Shown one piece after another: positions 1 through 11,854 of a stretch of 64,000 nt of DNA. Origin of the DNA: a cyanobacterium endosymbiont of Rhopalodia gibba (GTDB taxonomy: Bacteria; Cyanobacteriota; Cyanobacteriia; Cyanobacteriales; Microcystaceae); assembly GCA_045159875.1 (NCBI GenBank), contig CP067995.1, forward strand, positions 1,344,001 through 1,408,000, read 5' to 3'. The stretch's first letter is position 1; the number at the start of each line of letters is the position of its first letter. The notes beneath the pieces are model-generated. The model saw nothing but the letters and a program-made list of their open reading frames with translations, was not told the DNA's origin and searched no databases. The translations under genes and the position numbers were made by a program.

Positions 1-22
1 TCACAGTAAATCTCAAAATCCC

Positions 23-871
23 TTGATGGAGGGCCCAACATTGGATGAACTGCGAGCAGCACTAGAATTAGCAACAGAAGACGATCTACGTCATTTAACC
101 AAAATTCTTTTTTGTCGTAAATTTAATCCCCTCGATTATTTACAAACCCCTGACCCCATTGAAGTAGAAAGTCAAGACTGGGGAAGTTGGATAGATGCGG
201 TAGAAAAACGGTTTCGTTATCTGGGAGCTGATGGCATCACGGTCTTACGAAAAAAAAGTAATCAAGTTAGCTATCGTCAAATTCTTATTCGTGTTTGTCA
301 GTATTTAAAGATTCCTTATTCGACCCAGATGACTACCACCGATATTGAAGCAGACATTTTTCTTTATTTGGTTAGTAAAGCTTGGAAAAAACTTCCTCCT
401 TGCGAACAAAAGACCCTGATTAAAGAAATAGAGCTATCATTAGCTGACTCTCCTCGGGGCGAACCCCACCATGCTAACTTTCAGAACAATCGCCTTAGTC
501 TTTTGTTAAGGGGTAGCAGCGTGATCGCTATAAACTCTTTCGTGAAACCCTGGCTACTTAAACATATTTCTCAACAATTTGTCCTCCATTTTGCTCGCTA
601 TCAAGTTGCAAAACAGGCTGTAGTTGGGGGTGGGGCAGTGGCAGCTAATCAAATTGTACTCAACACCGCTAGACTAAGAATGGTGACGACAGCAGCTCGT
701 TATGGGACATTTCGTGGAGTTTTTGCTTTTGTGGGTCCAATGTTATGGGGGTGGTTGTTGGCTGATTTAGGATGGCGGGCGATTGCTACTAATTACGGTC
801 GCATTATTCCAGTCATTTTTACCTTAGCTCAGATTCGTCTTACTCGTACCGAATGTTGGGAAACCACTTAG
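23..871 (+). CDS. YaaW/UPF0174-family conserved cyanobacterial protein (true start possibly TTG at 41)
   Basis: 282 aa ORF. The N-terminus LDELRAALELATEDDL...FCRKFNPLDY and C-terminus WRAIATNYGRIIPVIFTLAQIRL are typical of cyanobacterial YaaW-family proteins. Confidence 0.75.
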   Translation: MMEGPTLDELRAALELATEDDLRHLTKILFCRKFNPLDYLQTPDPIEVESQDWGSWIDAVEKRFRYLGADGITVLRKKSNQVSYRQILIRVCQYLKIPYSTQMTTTDIEADIFLYLVSKAWKKLPPCEQKTLIKEIELSLADSPRGEPHHANFQNNRLSLLLRGSSVIAINSFVKPWLLKHISQQFVLHFARYQVAKQAVVGGGAVAANQIVLNTARLRMVTTAARYGTFRGVFAFVGPMLWGWLLADLGWRAIATNYGRIIPVIFTLAQIRLTRTECWETT

Positions 872-937
872 ATAAGTGGAAAATAGTCAATATTTATCGT
901 TTATATTCTAAATATTGTCAACTATTTAATTGATATT

Positions 938-2227
938 GTGAAGTCTTCGTTGTCGAGTTCCCAGTCAAGATCTAATAATCTTCAATGGGTAGAGAATTCC
1001 CTCAAGTTTGGGATCTTTTTATTCCCCTTTTCTGCCACTATTGGGGGTATAGGTTTAGTGATTGCCTTGTTTAGCCTGTGGCAGCAACGTTTTCACCAAA
1101 TTATTTATGATCGGTTTACCTGGATCTTAGGGGTATTCAGTCTTTGGCTGGTTATTACAACATTTTTTGCCTTTCAACCTATTCTTGCCTTACAAGGATT
1201 GCCGAATTTTCTGCCAGGAATTCTCTTATTAGCTGCTTTCCCGATTTTTTTTGCTAATTTATATCGACTGTATCAGTTTGCTTGGTGGGTGGTTTTAACG
1301 TCTATTCTCCTGACTGGGTTAGGGTTTATGCAACTAGGATGGGGTTGGGAAAGTCCCCTCTTTTTGAGGATTATCGGGATTAAATTACTGGCTTATGGCA
1401 ATCCTGATGGACGAATGTCTTCTTTATTGATGTATGCTAATGTTTTAGCTATTTATCTTCTAATTTCTTTTTTATTAGCCATAGGGTTATGGATTTATAT
1501 CTATCGTCACCGACAAGAGAAACACAAACGAGAGATAATTGGGAAACTAACTATTCTTAGTCTTGCGGTGGTAGGGAATGGACTAGGACTAATTTTTACT
1601 AATTCTCGTAGTGTCTGGGGATTAGCCTTGTTAGGAGTGATGGCCTTTGCCGTTTATTTACGTTGGTATTGGGCCATTTACCTATCGGTTATCGCTATTG
1701 GAATGATTGTTTGGGCTGCCTGGGTTCCTTGGGGACAGGAAACTATACGTGAACTGGTTCCCGCTTATTTTTGGACAAGATTGACGGATGAATTATATGA
1801 TGATCGCTACGTCACTGCTTTACGGACTACCCAATGGAAAGTCGCTAAAGAGATGATATTACAACAGCCTTGGTTGGGATGGGGACTGCGGAATTTTACC
1901 CCAGTCTACCAAACTGAAATGAATGTGTGGATGGGACATCCCCATAACTTATTTTTAATGCTGTTTGCTGAAATTGGCATTCCTGGAACTTTACTTTTTT
2001 GTGGCATTGTGGGGAATGTGATATTTCGAGGGGTAAGAAATTTAGTTCAATGGTCTGATAAGCAAGAAAAATGTCGAGAACATTTACTACTGTTTACTTA
2101 TTTAATAAGTTTTTGCAGTTGTATTTTATTCAATCTATTTGATGTTACTCTTTTTGATGTTCGGGTAAATCTGTTGGGATGGTTTTTGTTGTCAGCGATC
2201 ACTGGTATCACAGAAGTTAGACGTTAG
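938..2227 (+). CDS. O-antigen ligase (Wzy_C/WaaL-like) family membrane protein
   Basis: 429 aa multi-TM ORF with NSRSVW, PWLGWGLRNF and HPHNLFLMLFAEIG motifs of O-antigen ligase-like proteins. Confidence 0.85.
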   Translation: MKSSLSSSQSRSNNLQWVENSLKFGIFLFPFSATIGGIGLVIALFSLWQQRFHQIIYDRFTWILGVFSLWLVITTFFAFQPILALQGLPNFLPGILLLAAFPIFFANLYRLYQFAWWVVLTSILLTGLGFMQLGWGWESPLFLRIIGIKLLAYGNPDGRMSSLLMYANVLAIYLLISFLLAIGLWIYIYRHRQEKHKREIIGKLTILSLAVVGNGLGLIFTNSRSVWGLALLGVMAFAVYLRWYWAIYLSVIAIGMIVWAAWVPWGQETIRELVPAYFWTRLTDELYDDRYVTALRTTQWKVAKEMILQQPWLGWGLRNFTPVYQTEMNVWMGHPHNLFLMLFAEIGIPGTLLFCGIVGNVIFRGVRNLVQWSDKQEKCREHLLLFTYLISFCSCILFNLFDVTLFDVRVNLLGWFLLSAITGITEVRR

Positions 2228-2239
2228 CTTTTTAAGATG

Positions 2240-3000
2240 TCCTAATTTAGACTTAAACTACTATAAAACATAGATAACTGTGTGAGTTCCAAGAAGTCTA
2301 AAACACAGTTGTTATTCTTTATATATAAGCTAAATCACAACGATTTTAAGGAGTTTTGCTGACTTTTAGTTTATATCCTGTTGATGGTAAGTGATTGTTT
2401 AAAATTTTTGTTAATAGAGCTTATTAAAAAGTTCTATTAACAAAAAATTCTGGGTCTCCAAATAATTTTATAATTAGAGCTGACCTCAATTCGGAAATAA
2501 ATCCACTGTTATTGTTGCTTAAAGTCAACTAAAAAAACAATAATTGACCGCAGTTGTTCATGATTAGATGTAGTTTATATTAACAGTGATATACTACAGA
2601 GCTTAATCCCGTTCAACTAGGCTTTCAAAAACTCAGCAGACTCTACTGCGAGACTGATGAAAGACTTTTATTGGAGTAGAGTTGGTAAAACTAATTCGTG
2701 TGATTTCTCCTTTGCCAGTGGGTAAAAAACAGCACAGCAAAATCATTACTCAGAGTATAAGCTTCACAAGACGATTGTAGCTGACTGGATTAGGAAATAT
2801 TTTTTTGCAATTGAAAAGAATCTTTGATGTATAAAATTCTCTAAATGTCCAATATTCATGAATTATGAAAAGTAATTATAATGCTGGTAACTTCACCTCT
2901 CCCCAAGCAAGAACAGCATATTTTTTTCAAATAAATACCGTCGATTGGGGAAGGGTGTTACAGTGCTGTTCGAATCTTTCTTCCAGATCTTAATAAATAC
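2240..3000 (-). mobile_element. IS982-family transposase fossil (copy 1)
   Basis: Minus-strand translation gives EVTSIIITFH..FREFYT..KKYFPNPVSYNRLVKL..LLCCFLPTGKGEITRISFTNSTPIKVFH..YKLHLIMNNCGQLL..KLFGD. This matches IS982 motifs (FPxLVSYNRF, ISFIDSTPI, FKLHLIIN, KLFGD) with many stops and frameshifts. Confidence 0.8.
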
Positions 3001-3399
3001 TGCTTTTAGCATAGAACTACCACTTTCTTATCCCTCCTGACTTCCCATTGAATTCATGATTAATATGGTGTGGCGTATCTGTTAGCTTTGCTAAGCTCCC
3101 AATTATCTTGAGAGTGAGTTGTCTCCTTTATAAACGAGGAGTAGTCCGTCATTTATAACTAAATAACGATAATTCTTATTAAGGAATTGATAGTTAATAA
3201 ACTAACAAGGATTCATTTGATCAGCACAAGTGTCAGAAAATATCTTTCTGATTAATTGTATGCAATTTTCTATTTTAGAATTAATTTTTTTGCAAAAATA
3301 TGTTCATATTCTACAGATTATTGCGATTATTTTTTAATAAAAATTAACATCGAATTTCTTTTTTTTAAAAGTTTAAATTTTCAAAACTTAGGGTCAATT

Positions 3400-3780
3400 T
3401 TTCTAATTACTGTAACTTGTTGATTATTGTGGCTATATTTCCCAGTCAATGATCTTTAAGCGAACTCACTCTAGACTAACCTAAAATGGTTATCCATAAC
3501 TGACAGGCAGTGCCCACAATCTTATTACATTCAATCTGTTTAGTCAGCAACGAATAACGAACTTGATTAATCGTTAGAAGAACATTATCTGTTCACCAAG
3601 AGATCATAATCAAGAACAATTGCATTGGCAGCAATGGCGGACTTAAAAGTATTCTAGACTTCTTTCTCTCCATCGTCAGAACCATAACTATAAAACCAAT
3701 TATCACCCCAAATCTAAGCACTAATTTTTAATGTGGAAAAATTGATATTTCTAACCGGTAGTTGATTGTCTTCTATAAGT
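3400..3780 (-). pseudogene. Aldo/keto reductase pseudogene with a large internal deletion
   Basis: Minus-strand remnants IWGDNWFYSYGSDDGEKEV..FKSAIAA (N-terminus) are joined to LTINQVRYSLLTKQIECNKIVGTACQLWITILG (NQVRYSLL motif). Confidence 0.6.
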
Positions 3781-3938
3781 TTTATCGTTATGGGCTCTCC
3801 CAAATTATTTTACAACAAAACGCTTTTTCTAGTTTAGGCTAAACATGCTCTGACTTTTTTTCCTAGAATTGCTGCTTTAACAAAGCTAAGTGAGTATTCA
3901 TTAGAAAATGAAGAGTATCCAAGGTTTAAAACAATGTC

Positions 3939-4727
3939 ATGTCTACTGTCAATTTAATTTGTGCTAAATCTTAATGATATGCCTAGTTTACAAATTGGCT
4001 CAGAAAAATTACTAGAGTCTTTGAGGAGCATAGCAAACTTTGTTGAAGCAGGTAAGCAAGTCCTACTAAAACCTAACCTTTTAACAGCAAGTCTACCCAC
4101 TAAGGAATGTATTACTTGCCCTGAAATGGTTCACTATATGGCTGAGTTGATCAAAGATGTGGGAGGAAAGTCTTAATGTGGTTATTAATCTTCCAAAAGT
4201 TAAATTCCACCTTCAGTTTACCCTAACCTTAGAATTCAAGAATCTTTTTGGATGTGTACTAGGAAAAATAAAAGTTTGGTGGCACATGAAGGCAAGGAAA
4301 GACATTAAGCGCTTTTGGGAAAAGTCAGTAGAAAAGGCACGGAGAATCAACTATGCTTGAATTATAGTTGACGGTCTTATTGGCCATGAAGGTAATAAAC
4401 CGGTTGATGGCAAGCCTCATTTGTTAGAGATTTTTAATGCATCGGCGGATGTGTTTGTTTTAGATTAAAACTATAGTCAATATTTTGAGGTTTGAACCTT
4501 CATTTGTTCCTACTGTTACTGCATAAACGTACCTTGGACTCTGTTGATCTCTGACCTCGTTCACCTTCTCCTGCTTTCTACAGGGAGGTTGAAAGTCACT
4601 GATTGAGAGTTGTCTATTGATGTTGATGCCTATTGATGTTGGTCAACCTATAGTTCTCTATTCTACTTTGAAACATTTCTACATTCGTTTTCTTCGAGAA
4701 ACCCTTAAAACCTATTCAAGAAAATAA
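3939..4727 (+). pseudogene. DUF362 domain protein pseudogene
   Basis: The fragments VLLKPNLLTASLPTKECIT, VVINLPKVK..KNLFGCV.GK.K.WWHM and DGLIGHEGN and the C-terminus STLKHFYIRF lie in different frames. The 3961 and 4157 ORFs are pieces of this gene. Confidence 0.85.
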
Positions 4728-5014
4728 TTAGGACTGTTGTATATTAGCGAATTAACTGTCAAATTAGTTACATACACATTGCAGGTTTTATTACTTATTA
4801 AATAATAATACATAAAGTCAATTATTAGTCTCCGATTGCTTAGGATGACTGCCCACCCTTTAGTGACATTTTTTTATGGATTTTACCAAAGTTTAATTAA
4901 GAATTAACAACACTAACACTTGTCAAGAAAAAATTATTACAATGAAAGTAACGAGGTTATCATTCAAACCTCATTGATGACAATTTATTGAGTTCAGGTC
5001 AATCAGCCATTTTT

Positions 5015-5199
5015 ATGGAATATAGTACCCCGTCAGGGAAGGTTGTAGAGCCTCCGGCTCACAGGTGGGCTTATATTATAGGAACCACGATCGCTTTGTT
5101 AACACTTACCTTACCGATGTTTGCCATTGCTTATTATTCTCCACAAAATCGTCGAGCTAGACCAGAAACCTCTATAGAAAATTTTCAGCCATTACCATG

Positions 5200-5200
<1 letters not shown>
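5015..5200 (+). CDS. Small single-TM hypothetical protein (61 aa from ATG 5015)
   Basis: Open frame with one hydrophobic segment, IIGTTIALLTLTLPMFAIAYYS, resembling a conserved small cyanobacterial membrane protein. Confidence 0.6.
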
Positions 5201-6052
<852 letters not shown>

Positions 6053-7429
6053 TTATATTGATACTTCGTTACCTGAAAGTTACTGTTTTAGAGGCAATCT
6101 TACACCACTGAACCATAGGTCTTTATTCTCGGGTAATCGTTAAGATAAATGCTCATCAACTTAATTAGGTGTATTTATTTAGTGGCTTAGGAGCTCTCAA
6201 AAGCAAACTATTTGCTCGGAAATGTACTAAATTTACGAGTTTCGGAATTGTAAAATGCTAAAAAAATCATCTTTAATGATAGCTTATTTTAATAATTTAA
6301 TTGCAATGCCTTAGTAGTTAAGTACAAATAAATAGTACTATCTTTAAAAAGATTTAAAAAATAAATAAGCTATTAATTTATGAAAAAAATAAATTAATTT
6401 AAATAAAATTCAAGACTATAATCTATAGCAGCTAAGTCAATTAAGTAACGGAATCTTAAAGATTTAGATAAAAGATATTTATACTTTTAAAGTATTTTTT
6501 TAGGTATAATTTAATTACTTACATCACTGTTATTGCTAATCCATATTTATTCTTTAATATTCTATCAGCTAATTTATTTTCTTTTACCATTCGTTCCTAA
6601 TTCTGTCTAATTCTAGTGAATAAGAATAAAAGTATCACTCTTAAAGCTCTTTAAAGCTGATCCATATTCAAACCTTTTTTTCTGTCTTTAAGTTGAGAAA
6701 GTCCATTTTCAATAAATAGCAATTTTACTCACTTTTCACCCTATTGCCGACAATCTAATGACACTAACTCTATCATTTGTTCTTCAAGGAACTTATTTAA
6801 GTTTTACTTAACCCAAATAAAGTCCTTTTTGCTGTGACTTGAAAAATAGCTTTAAACGAATAGATGACATTAGTTGCTCATAATTCTTATAGATAACTCT
6901 ATTGACACACTTTAGTGTCTATTTGTAGTGATAACTTTTTTATACAAAACATATATTCCTCTGGTACTGTTTATATGTGTCAAATTACTTATTCTGTATT
7001 TTTTTAAAAATTACTTTTTTAAAAATTAAAACCATTAAAAACTAAACTTTTTAACTTATGTTTATTGTATCATTTAAGTGTTGTTAAAGCTAAACTAAAA
7101 TAGTTACTCACTCTATAATTTTTCATTAAAAAAATAAAAGTGTAATTTAATTACATTAAACTCATTAATAATACGATATTAAATAAGTTATTTTATCTTA
7201 ATTTAACTATTCATAATAGGAGCATAATGGCAATAAAAAACTTTTAATAAAATCATATTATAATGTTCATAATTATTGTTCAACTTAAGACAGCTTTTAA
7301 AAATATTCATTGTTAATATGAGTTAAAGCTGAGTATTATAAAATATATATTTTGTTCTAAACATCTAAGCAAAAATGCAAAAATTTTGATAATTATATTA
7401 TAATTTAACTATAAAAAAATACTATAATA

Positions 7430-7960
7430 ACTATTATAAAACAATAGAAGGTAAAGCCAACTTATCTTCTAACTATAAATCTAGAGAAGGTTTCTTGAGT
7501 AAATATAGATAAGCAATTAGTAGAATCAAGAAAGTCAACAAAACAGTTAAAAAAACTTATATTCTTCTAATTTTTAATATTAAAATATATTTTTAATTTA
7601 GTCGTTAATAGTTTCACTAAAAAAATATTTAAGGGATAAAAATTGATTAATTAGGTTGACTAATTATTTTCAATGTTTTACAATGAGTGTTCTTTTAAAG
7701 TTCTTGTTAATAGAATATTTTAAAGAGTTTACAAATTAAATATTGCTTTAATTCAGAAACATATTTACGGTCATCTATGCTGCCTAAATTTAATTAGAAA
7801 GCTAATAATTTACCGTCAACTGATTTATATAATTTCTTTTTTACAAATCTGCAAAAAACAGCACAGCAACATCATTGCCCAGAGTATACGCTTCACAAGA
7901 CGATTGTAGCTGACTAGATTAGGAAATACTTTTTATTAGTTATAATTTAACCTCCCATAA
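7430..7960 (-). mobile_element. IS982-family transposase fossil (copy 2, internally deleted)
   Basis: Minus strand KVFPNLVSYNRLVKRILWAMMLLCCFL is joined to GKLLAF*LNLGSIDDRKYVSEL and a C-terminal KKPSLDL. 7853-7928 is 71/76 identical to 2724-2799. Confidence 0.8.
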
Positions 7961-8201
7961 AAAAATATCATCTTTTTTGAAAAAAAATTATTAATTAAGG
8001 AGCAGAATGACAATGCTATTTAAATCTTTGATAGAAACAATCTAGATCATAAAATACTCGTCTCAATCGAGATTGACCCAAGGTTTTATATTCATAGAAT
8101 CAAACATTAATAAATGCTGCTTCTGACATAGATTTGCTACTTCTTTGTCTTTCCATAAATTTTTGTCAAACTTACGCTGATTAATGTTGCCCCTGATGAA
8201 T

Positions 8202-8232
8202 TTAAAATAAGAAGGCGGACATGACCCGCCCT
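8202..8232 (-). terminator. Probable intrinsic terminator of acnB
   Basis: Minus strand GGGCGG-GTCATGT-CCGCCT followed by TCTTATTTT, about 90 nt after the acnB stop. Confidence 0.6.
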
Positions 8233-8319
8233 ATTATTATAACTCAAGAATCTTTCTGGAATGCCTAAATTATCTTCAGTTTTTGGCATTTATTCTAAAA
8301 GAAGAATCCGTCCTTCCTC

Positions 8320-10869
8320 TTAAAAACCTTCAATTTTATTAAAATTTAAATAACAATATAATTGACTAGAAAAAGGCTCAATTTTTTCTGTGATAATGGA
8401 TATGTATTCCTCAACTGTTGGAATTTTTCCTAACAAGGCACACACCGCAGCTAATTCTGCAGAACCAAGGTAAACTTGAGCTCCTTTACCCATACGGTTA
8501 TTAAAGTTGCGGGTAGAAGTAGAAAACACCGTCGTATTATCTTCTACACGTGCTTGATTTCCCATACATAAAGAACATCCAGGTATTTCTATCCGCGCAC
8601 CAACAGCTGTAAAAATATCATAGATACCTTCTTCCTGTAGCTGTTTTTCATCCATTCGAGTTGGGGGACAAATCCATAAACGTACGTGTAAACCGCTATT
8701 TTCGCCTATTTTTTGTCCTTCTAAAATCCTAGCAGCAGCGCGATAATGTCCAATATTTGTCATACAAGAACCGATGAATACTTCATTGACTTTTTCTCCT
8801 GAACATTCGGACATTAATTTAACATTATCTGGGTCATTTGGTGCAGCAACAATCGGTTCTTTTATCTCACTTAAATTCACTTCAATAGTATCTGCATATT
8901 CAGCATTTTTATCTGCTTCCAGTAATACAGGATCTTTCAACCATTGTTCCATTTTTTCCGCACGACGTACCAAAGTTTTAGAGTCTTGATAACCTCGCCC
9001 AACCATATTTTTAATTAGGGCAACATTGGACTGTAAATATTCAGCAATGGTCCCTTTTCCTAACTTAATAGTAGATCCTGCACAAGACCTTTCTGCGGTA
9101 GCATCTGTTAATTCAAATGCTTGTTCAACCTTTAAATTCGGTAAACCTTCCATCTCCATGATACGTCCATTGAAAACATTAATTTTTTTCTCTTTATTAA
9201 CGGTTAATTTACCTTCTTGCATGGCTACCCGAGGAATAGCATTAACAATATCCCGTAAGGTTACCCCAGGTTGTAATTCCCCAGTAAACTTAACTAACAC
9301 TGATTCTGGCATATCCAAAGGCATTACCCCTAATGCTGCTGCAAATGCAACTAAGCCTGAACCTGCCGGGAAAGATATACCCAAGGGGAAGCGAGTATGG
9401 GAGTCTCCCCCTGTCCCGACGGTATCAGGTAATAACATTCGGTTTAACCAAGAGTGAATGATACCATCCCCAGGATGCAACGCGACCCCCCCACGGGTTG
9501 AGAAGAAGTCCGGCAACTCTTTATGAATTTTGACATCGACAGGTTTAGGATAAGCGGCAGTGTGACAAAAACTTTGTAGAGTTAAGTCTGCATTGAACCC
9601 TAGACAGGCTAACTCTTTTAATTCATCACGGGTCATGGGTCCCGTGGTATCTTGAGAACCTACAGTCGTCATTATGGGTTCGCAAGAGTCCCCTGGACGA
9701 ATCCCAGGTAAACCGCAAGCTTTACCGACTATTTTTTGTGCTAAAGTAAATCCAGGTATTTCCTTGTCTTCGATAGGGGAGATAGCACGAATAAAAATAG
9801 TGCTAGGTTCAAGTCCCAATGCATGACGGGTTTTATCGGTTAACGCGCGTCCAATAAGTAAGGGAATACGTCCCCCTGCGCGTACTTCGTCTAAGATGGT
9901 TTTAGGTTTAGGGATGAAGGTTGCAATAATTTCTTCTGCTTCGTTAGTAATTTCTCCCTTGTAGGGATAGATAATGATAACGTCTCCGGTTTCCATTTCG
10001 CTGACATCGCATTCGATAGGAAATGCACCGGAATCTTCAGCCGTATTGAAGAAAATAGGGGAAATTTTTCCGCCAAGAATGTATCCTCCTGAACGTTTGT
10101 TGGGGACAAAAGGAATATCATTTCCAATGTGCCATAAAATAGAATTGATGGCAGACTTACGGGATGACCCCGTTCCAACAACATCCCCGACATAAGCAAT
10201 GGGATAGCCTTTATCTTTGAGTCTAGCAATAGTTTCTATTCCCTCTGGGACAAGAGATTCTAGCATAGTTAAAGCGTGTAAAGGAATGTCCGATCTTGTA
10301 GTTGCATGGGGAGCGGGGGAAAGGTCATCGGTGTTGGTTTCTCCACAGACTTTAAAGACAGTGACGATAATGGCTTCAGGGACTTTAGGTTTATTGATAA
10401 ACCAGGAAGCATTGGACCAAGCATCGATGACCTGTTTGGCGTAGGAGTTAGTTGCCGATAATTCTAAGACTTCATTAAACGTATCGAAGACTAAGATAGT
10501 TCCACTTAATGCGGTGACTGTTGCTGATACTAAGTTACTATCGGGAGATTTGAGCAAGCCGACCAGTGATTGTACATTATAGCCACCCATCATGGTTCCC
10601 AATAATTCCACTGCTCCTTGAGGGGAGATTATAGGACAGGTTATCTCACCTTTAGCTACTCCTGTTAAAAATCCTGCTTTAACATAAGCGGCTTCATCTA
10701 CACCAGGAGGAATTCTATCTTGTAGTAACATTAAAAGCTCTTCTCTGAGTTCTTCGGGAGGATTTTTTAAAAGTTTACATAGTTGTGAAGTTTGTTCTGC
10801 GGTTAAGGGTAGAGGAGGAATTCCAAGTTTTGCGCGTTCTTCTGTGTGTTTATGATAACTTTTTAACAT
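8320..10869 (-). CDS. acnB: Aconitate hydratase B
   Basis: 849 aa with ETNTDDLSPA, GTGSSRKSA, VGSQDTTGPMT, GGDSHTRFP, FIGSCMTN and PGCSLCMGNQ (Fe-S cysteines). RBS AGGAG upstream. Confidence 0.97.
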   Translation of the reverse strand: MLKSYHKHTEERAKLGIPPLPLTAEQTSQLCKLLKNPPEELREELLMLLQDRIPPGVDEAAYVKAGFLTGVAKGEITCPIISPQGAVELLGTMMGGYNVQSLVGLLKSPDSNLVSATVTALSGTILVFDTFNEVLELSATNSYAKQVIDAWSNASWFINKPKVPEAIIVTVFKVCGETNTDDLSPAPHATTRSDIPLHALTMLESLVPEGIETIARLKDKGYPIAYVGDVVGTGSSRKSAINSILWHIGNDIPFVPNKRSGGYILGGKISPIFFNTAEDSGAFPIECDVSEMETGDVIIIYPYKGEITNEAEEIIATFIPKPKTILDEVRAGGRIPLLIGRALTDKTRHALGLEPSTIFIRAISPIEDKEIPGFTLAQKIVGKACGLPGIRPGDSCEPIMTTVGSQDTTGPMTRDELKELACLGFNADLTLQSFCHTAAYPKPVDVKIHKELPDFFSTRGGVALHPGDGIIHSWLNRMLLPDTVGTGGDSHTRFPLGISFPAGSGLVAFAAALGVMPLDMPESVLVKFTGELQPGVTLRDIVNAIPRVAMQEGKLTVNKEKKINVFNGRIMEMEGLPNLKVEQAFELTDATAERSCAGSTIKLGKGTIAEYLQSNVALIKNMVGRGYQDSKTLVRRAEKMEQWLKDPVLLEADKNAEYADTIEVNLSEIKEPIVAAPNDPDNVKLMSECSGEKVNEVFIGSCMTNIGHYRAAARILEGQKIGENSGLHVRLWICPPTRMDEKQLQEEGIYDIFTAVGARIEIPGCSLCMGNQARVEDNTTVFSTSTRNFNNRMGKGAQVYLGSAELAAVCALLGKIPTVEEYISIITEKIEPFSSQLYCYLNFNKIEGF

Positions 10870-10906
10870 TCAGTTGTTCTCCTGCGATTTAATTCTTTAT
10901 GTTTTG

Positions 10907-10945
10907 ATTGATAGCCTTAAGGGTGATACCTTTAAGGCTATCAAT
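10907..10945. repeat. 18-bp inverted repeat just upstream of acnB
   Basis: ATTGATAGCCTTAAGGGT-GAT-ACCTTTAAGGCTATCAAT, with one G/T mismatch. Confidence 0.8.
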
Positions 10946-11854
10946 TTTATTCTGTTGCAGTATAGATAGTTTTATTAAAAATTTTAGAAAACTAAGCTAC
11001 ACTTTCTTGTCATTCTATAAAGTTCAGACGTTTAATTATACTTTTTTTCTAGTAAGACATTAGAGCTTAATGCAATAAATATATAAAAATATGAGTAATG
11101 CGAAAAAATGGTAATATTTACAGGTAATTTTACATAATTTTATCCAAAGAATTTATATGTCTTAAATATCAAATATTAACCGATATCTACTCTCATGTAG
11201 AGTATTGATCTACGTATAAAAAAAAAGCTAATATTTCCTTCAGCTAAAATATTTTCTACTACATTTTAATAATTTTATACTAAAAAAAATAATAGAGAAA
11301 TTGGCATAAATAATATTTAATAAGTATTTAAAATACTGAATATTTTATTTTTTATAAAAAATAAAAATAACATCGATTAATAAATTACTTTTTTTTAAAA
11401 AAATCAATTTAAAAAGCAGTTTACTTATGGATTTATTAAGTATATTTAATATACGACTGCACTGTACCAGATAAATATTGATTAGGTCGAATTTTTGCGA
11501 AGATTTACTTGGAAATACGCTTAGTTTATATTCAGTTAAGACTGTTTTATTAAAACATAAAATTGTAACTGTAAATTTAGTAAAAGCAGAAATAAAAGGA
11601 ATAACAATACAACTATTTCAAAGAGAAAAAAAGCGATAAATTATATATTCTGAATAACTAGGGATAGGCTAGAGAGAAATAACTCAATAAGGTAAAACAA
11701 AAACTTGGTCTATAAAATAACTGAGGAATATAGTAAAGCTTTCTGTGAGTAGTCAAAACGCGATACTGGTCGCAACTATAGGCTAGTTAATAAAAACATT
11801 AAGTTGCTGCGGTATTTCACTTCCTGACTACCTTTTGGGAGATATTTATATATA

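Noticed and set aside
3961..4360. Two small ORFs as separate genes
   Set aside because: They are fragments of one frameshifted DUF362 gene.
4758..4771. NtcA-like box GTC-N8-TAC upstream of the small ORF
   Set aside because: It deviates from GTA-N8-TAC, and such matches are common in AT-rich DNA.
8774..10444. Short ORFs overlapping acnB, and similar ones inside DUF3769, the sigma gene, aroC, sir, gloB, GH38, hpf, the kinase, GH13, the 643-aa gene, dnaN, ctaA, the SBP and tamB
   Set aside because: These are antisense or off-frame shadows of well-supported genes with no recognisable motifs.
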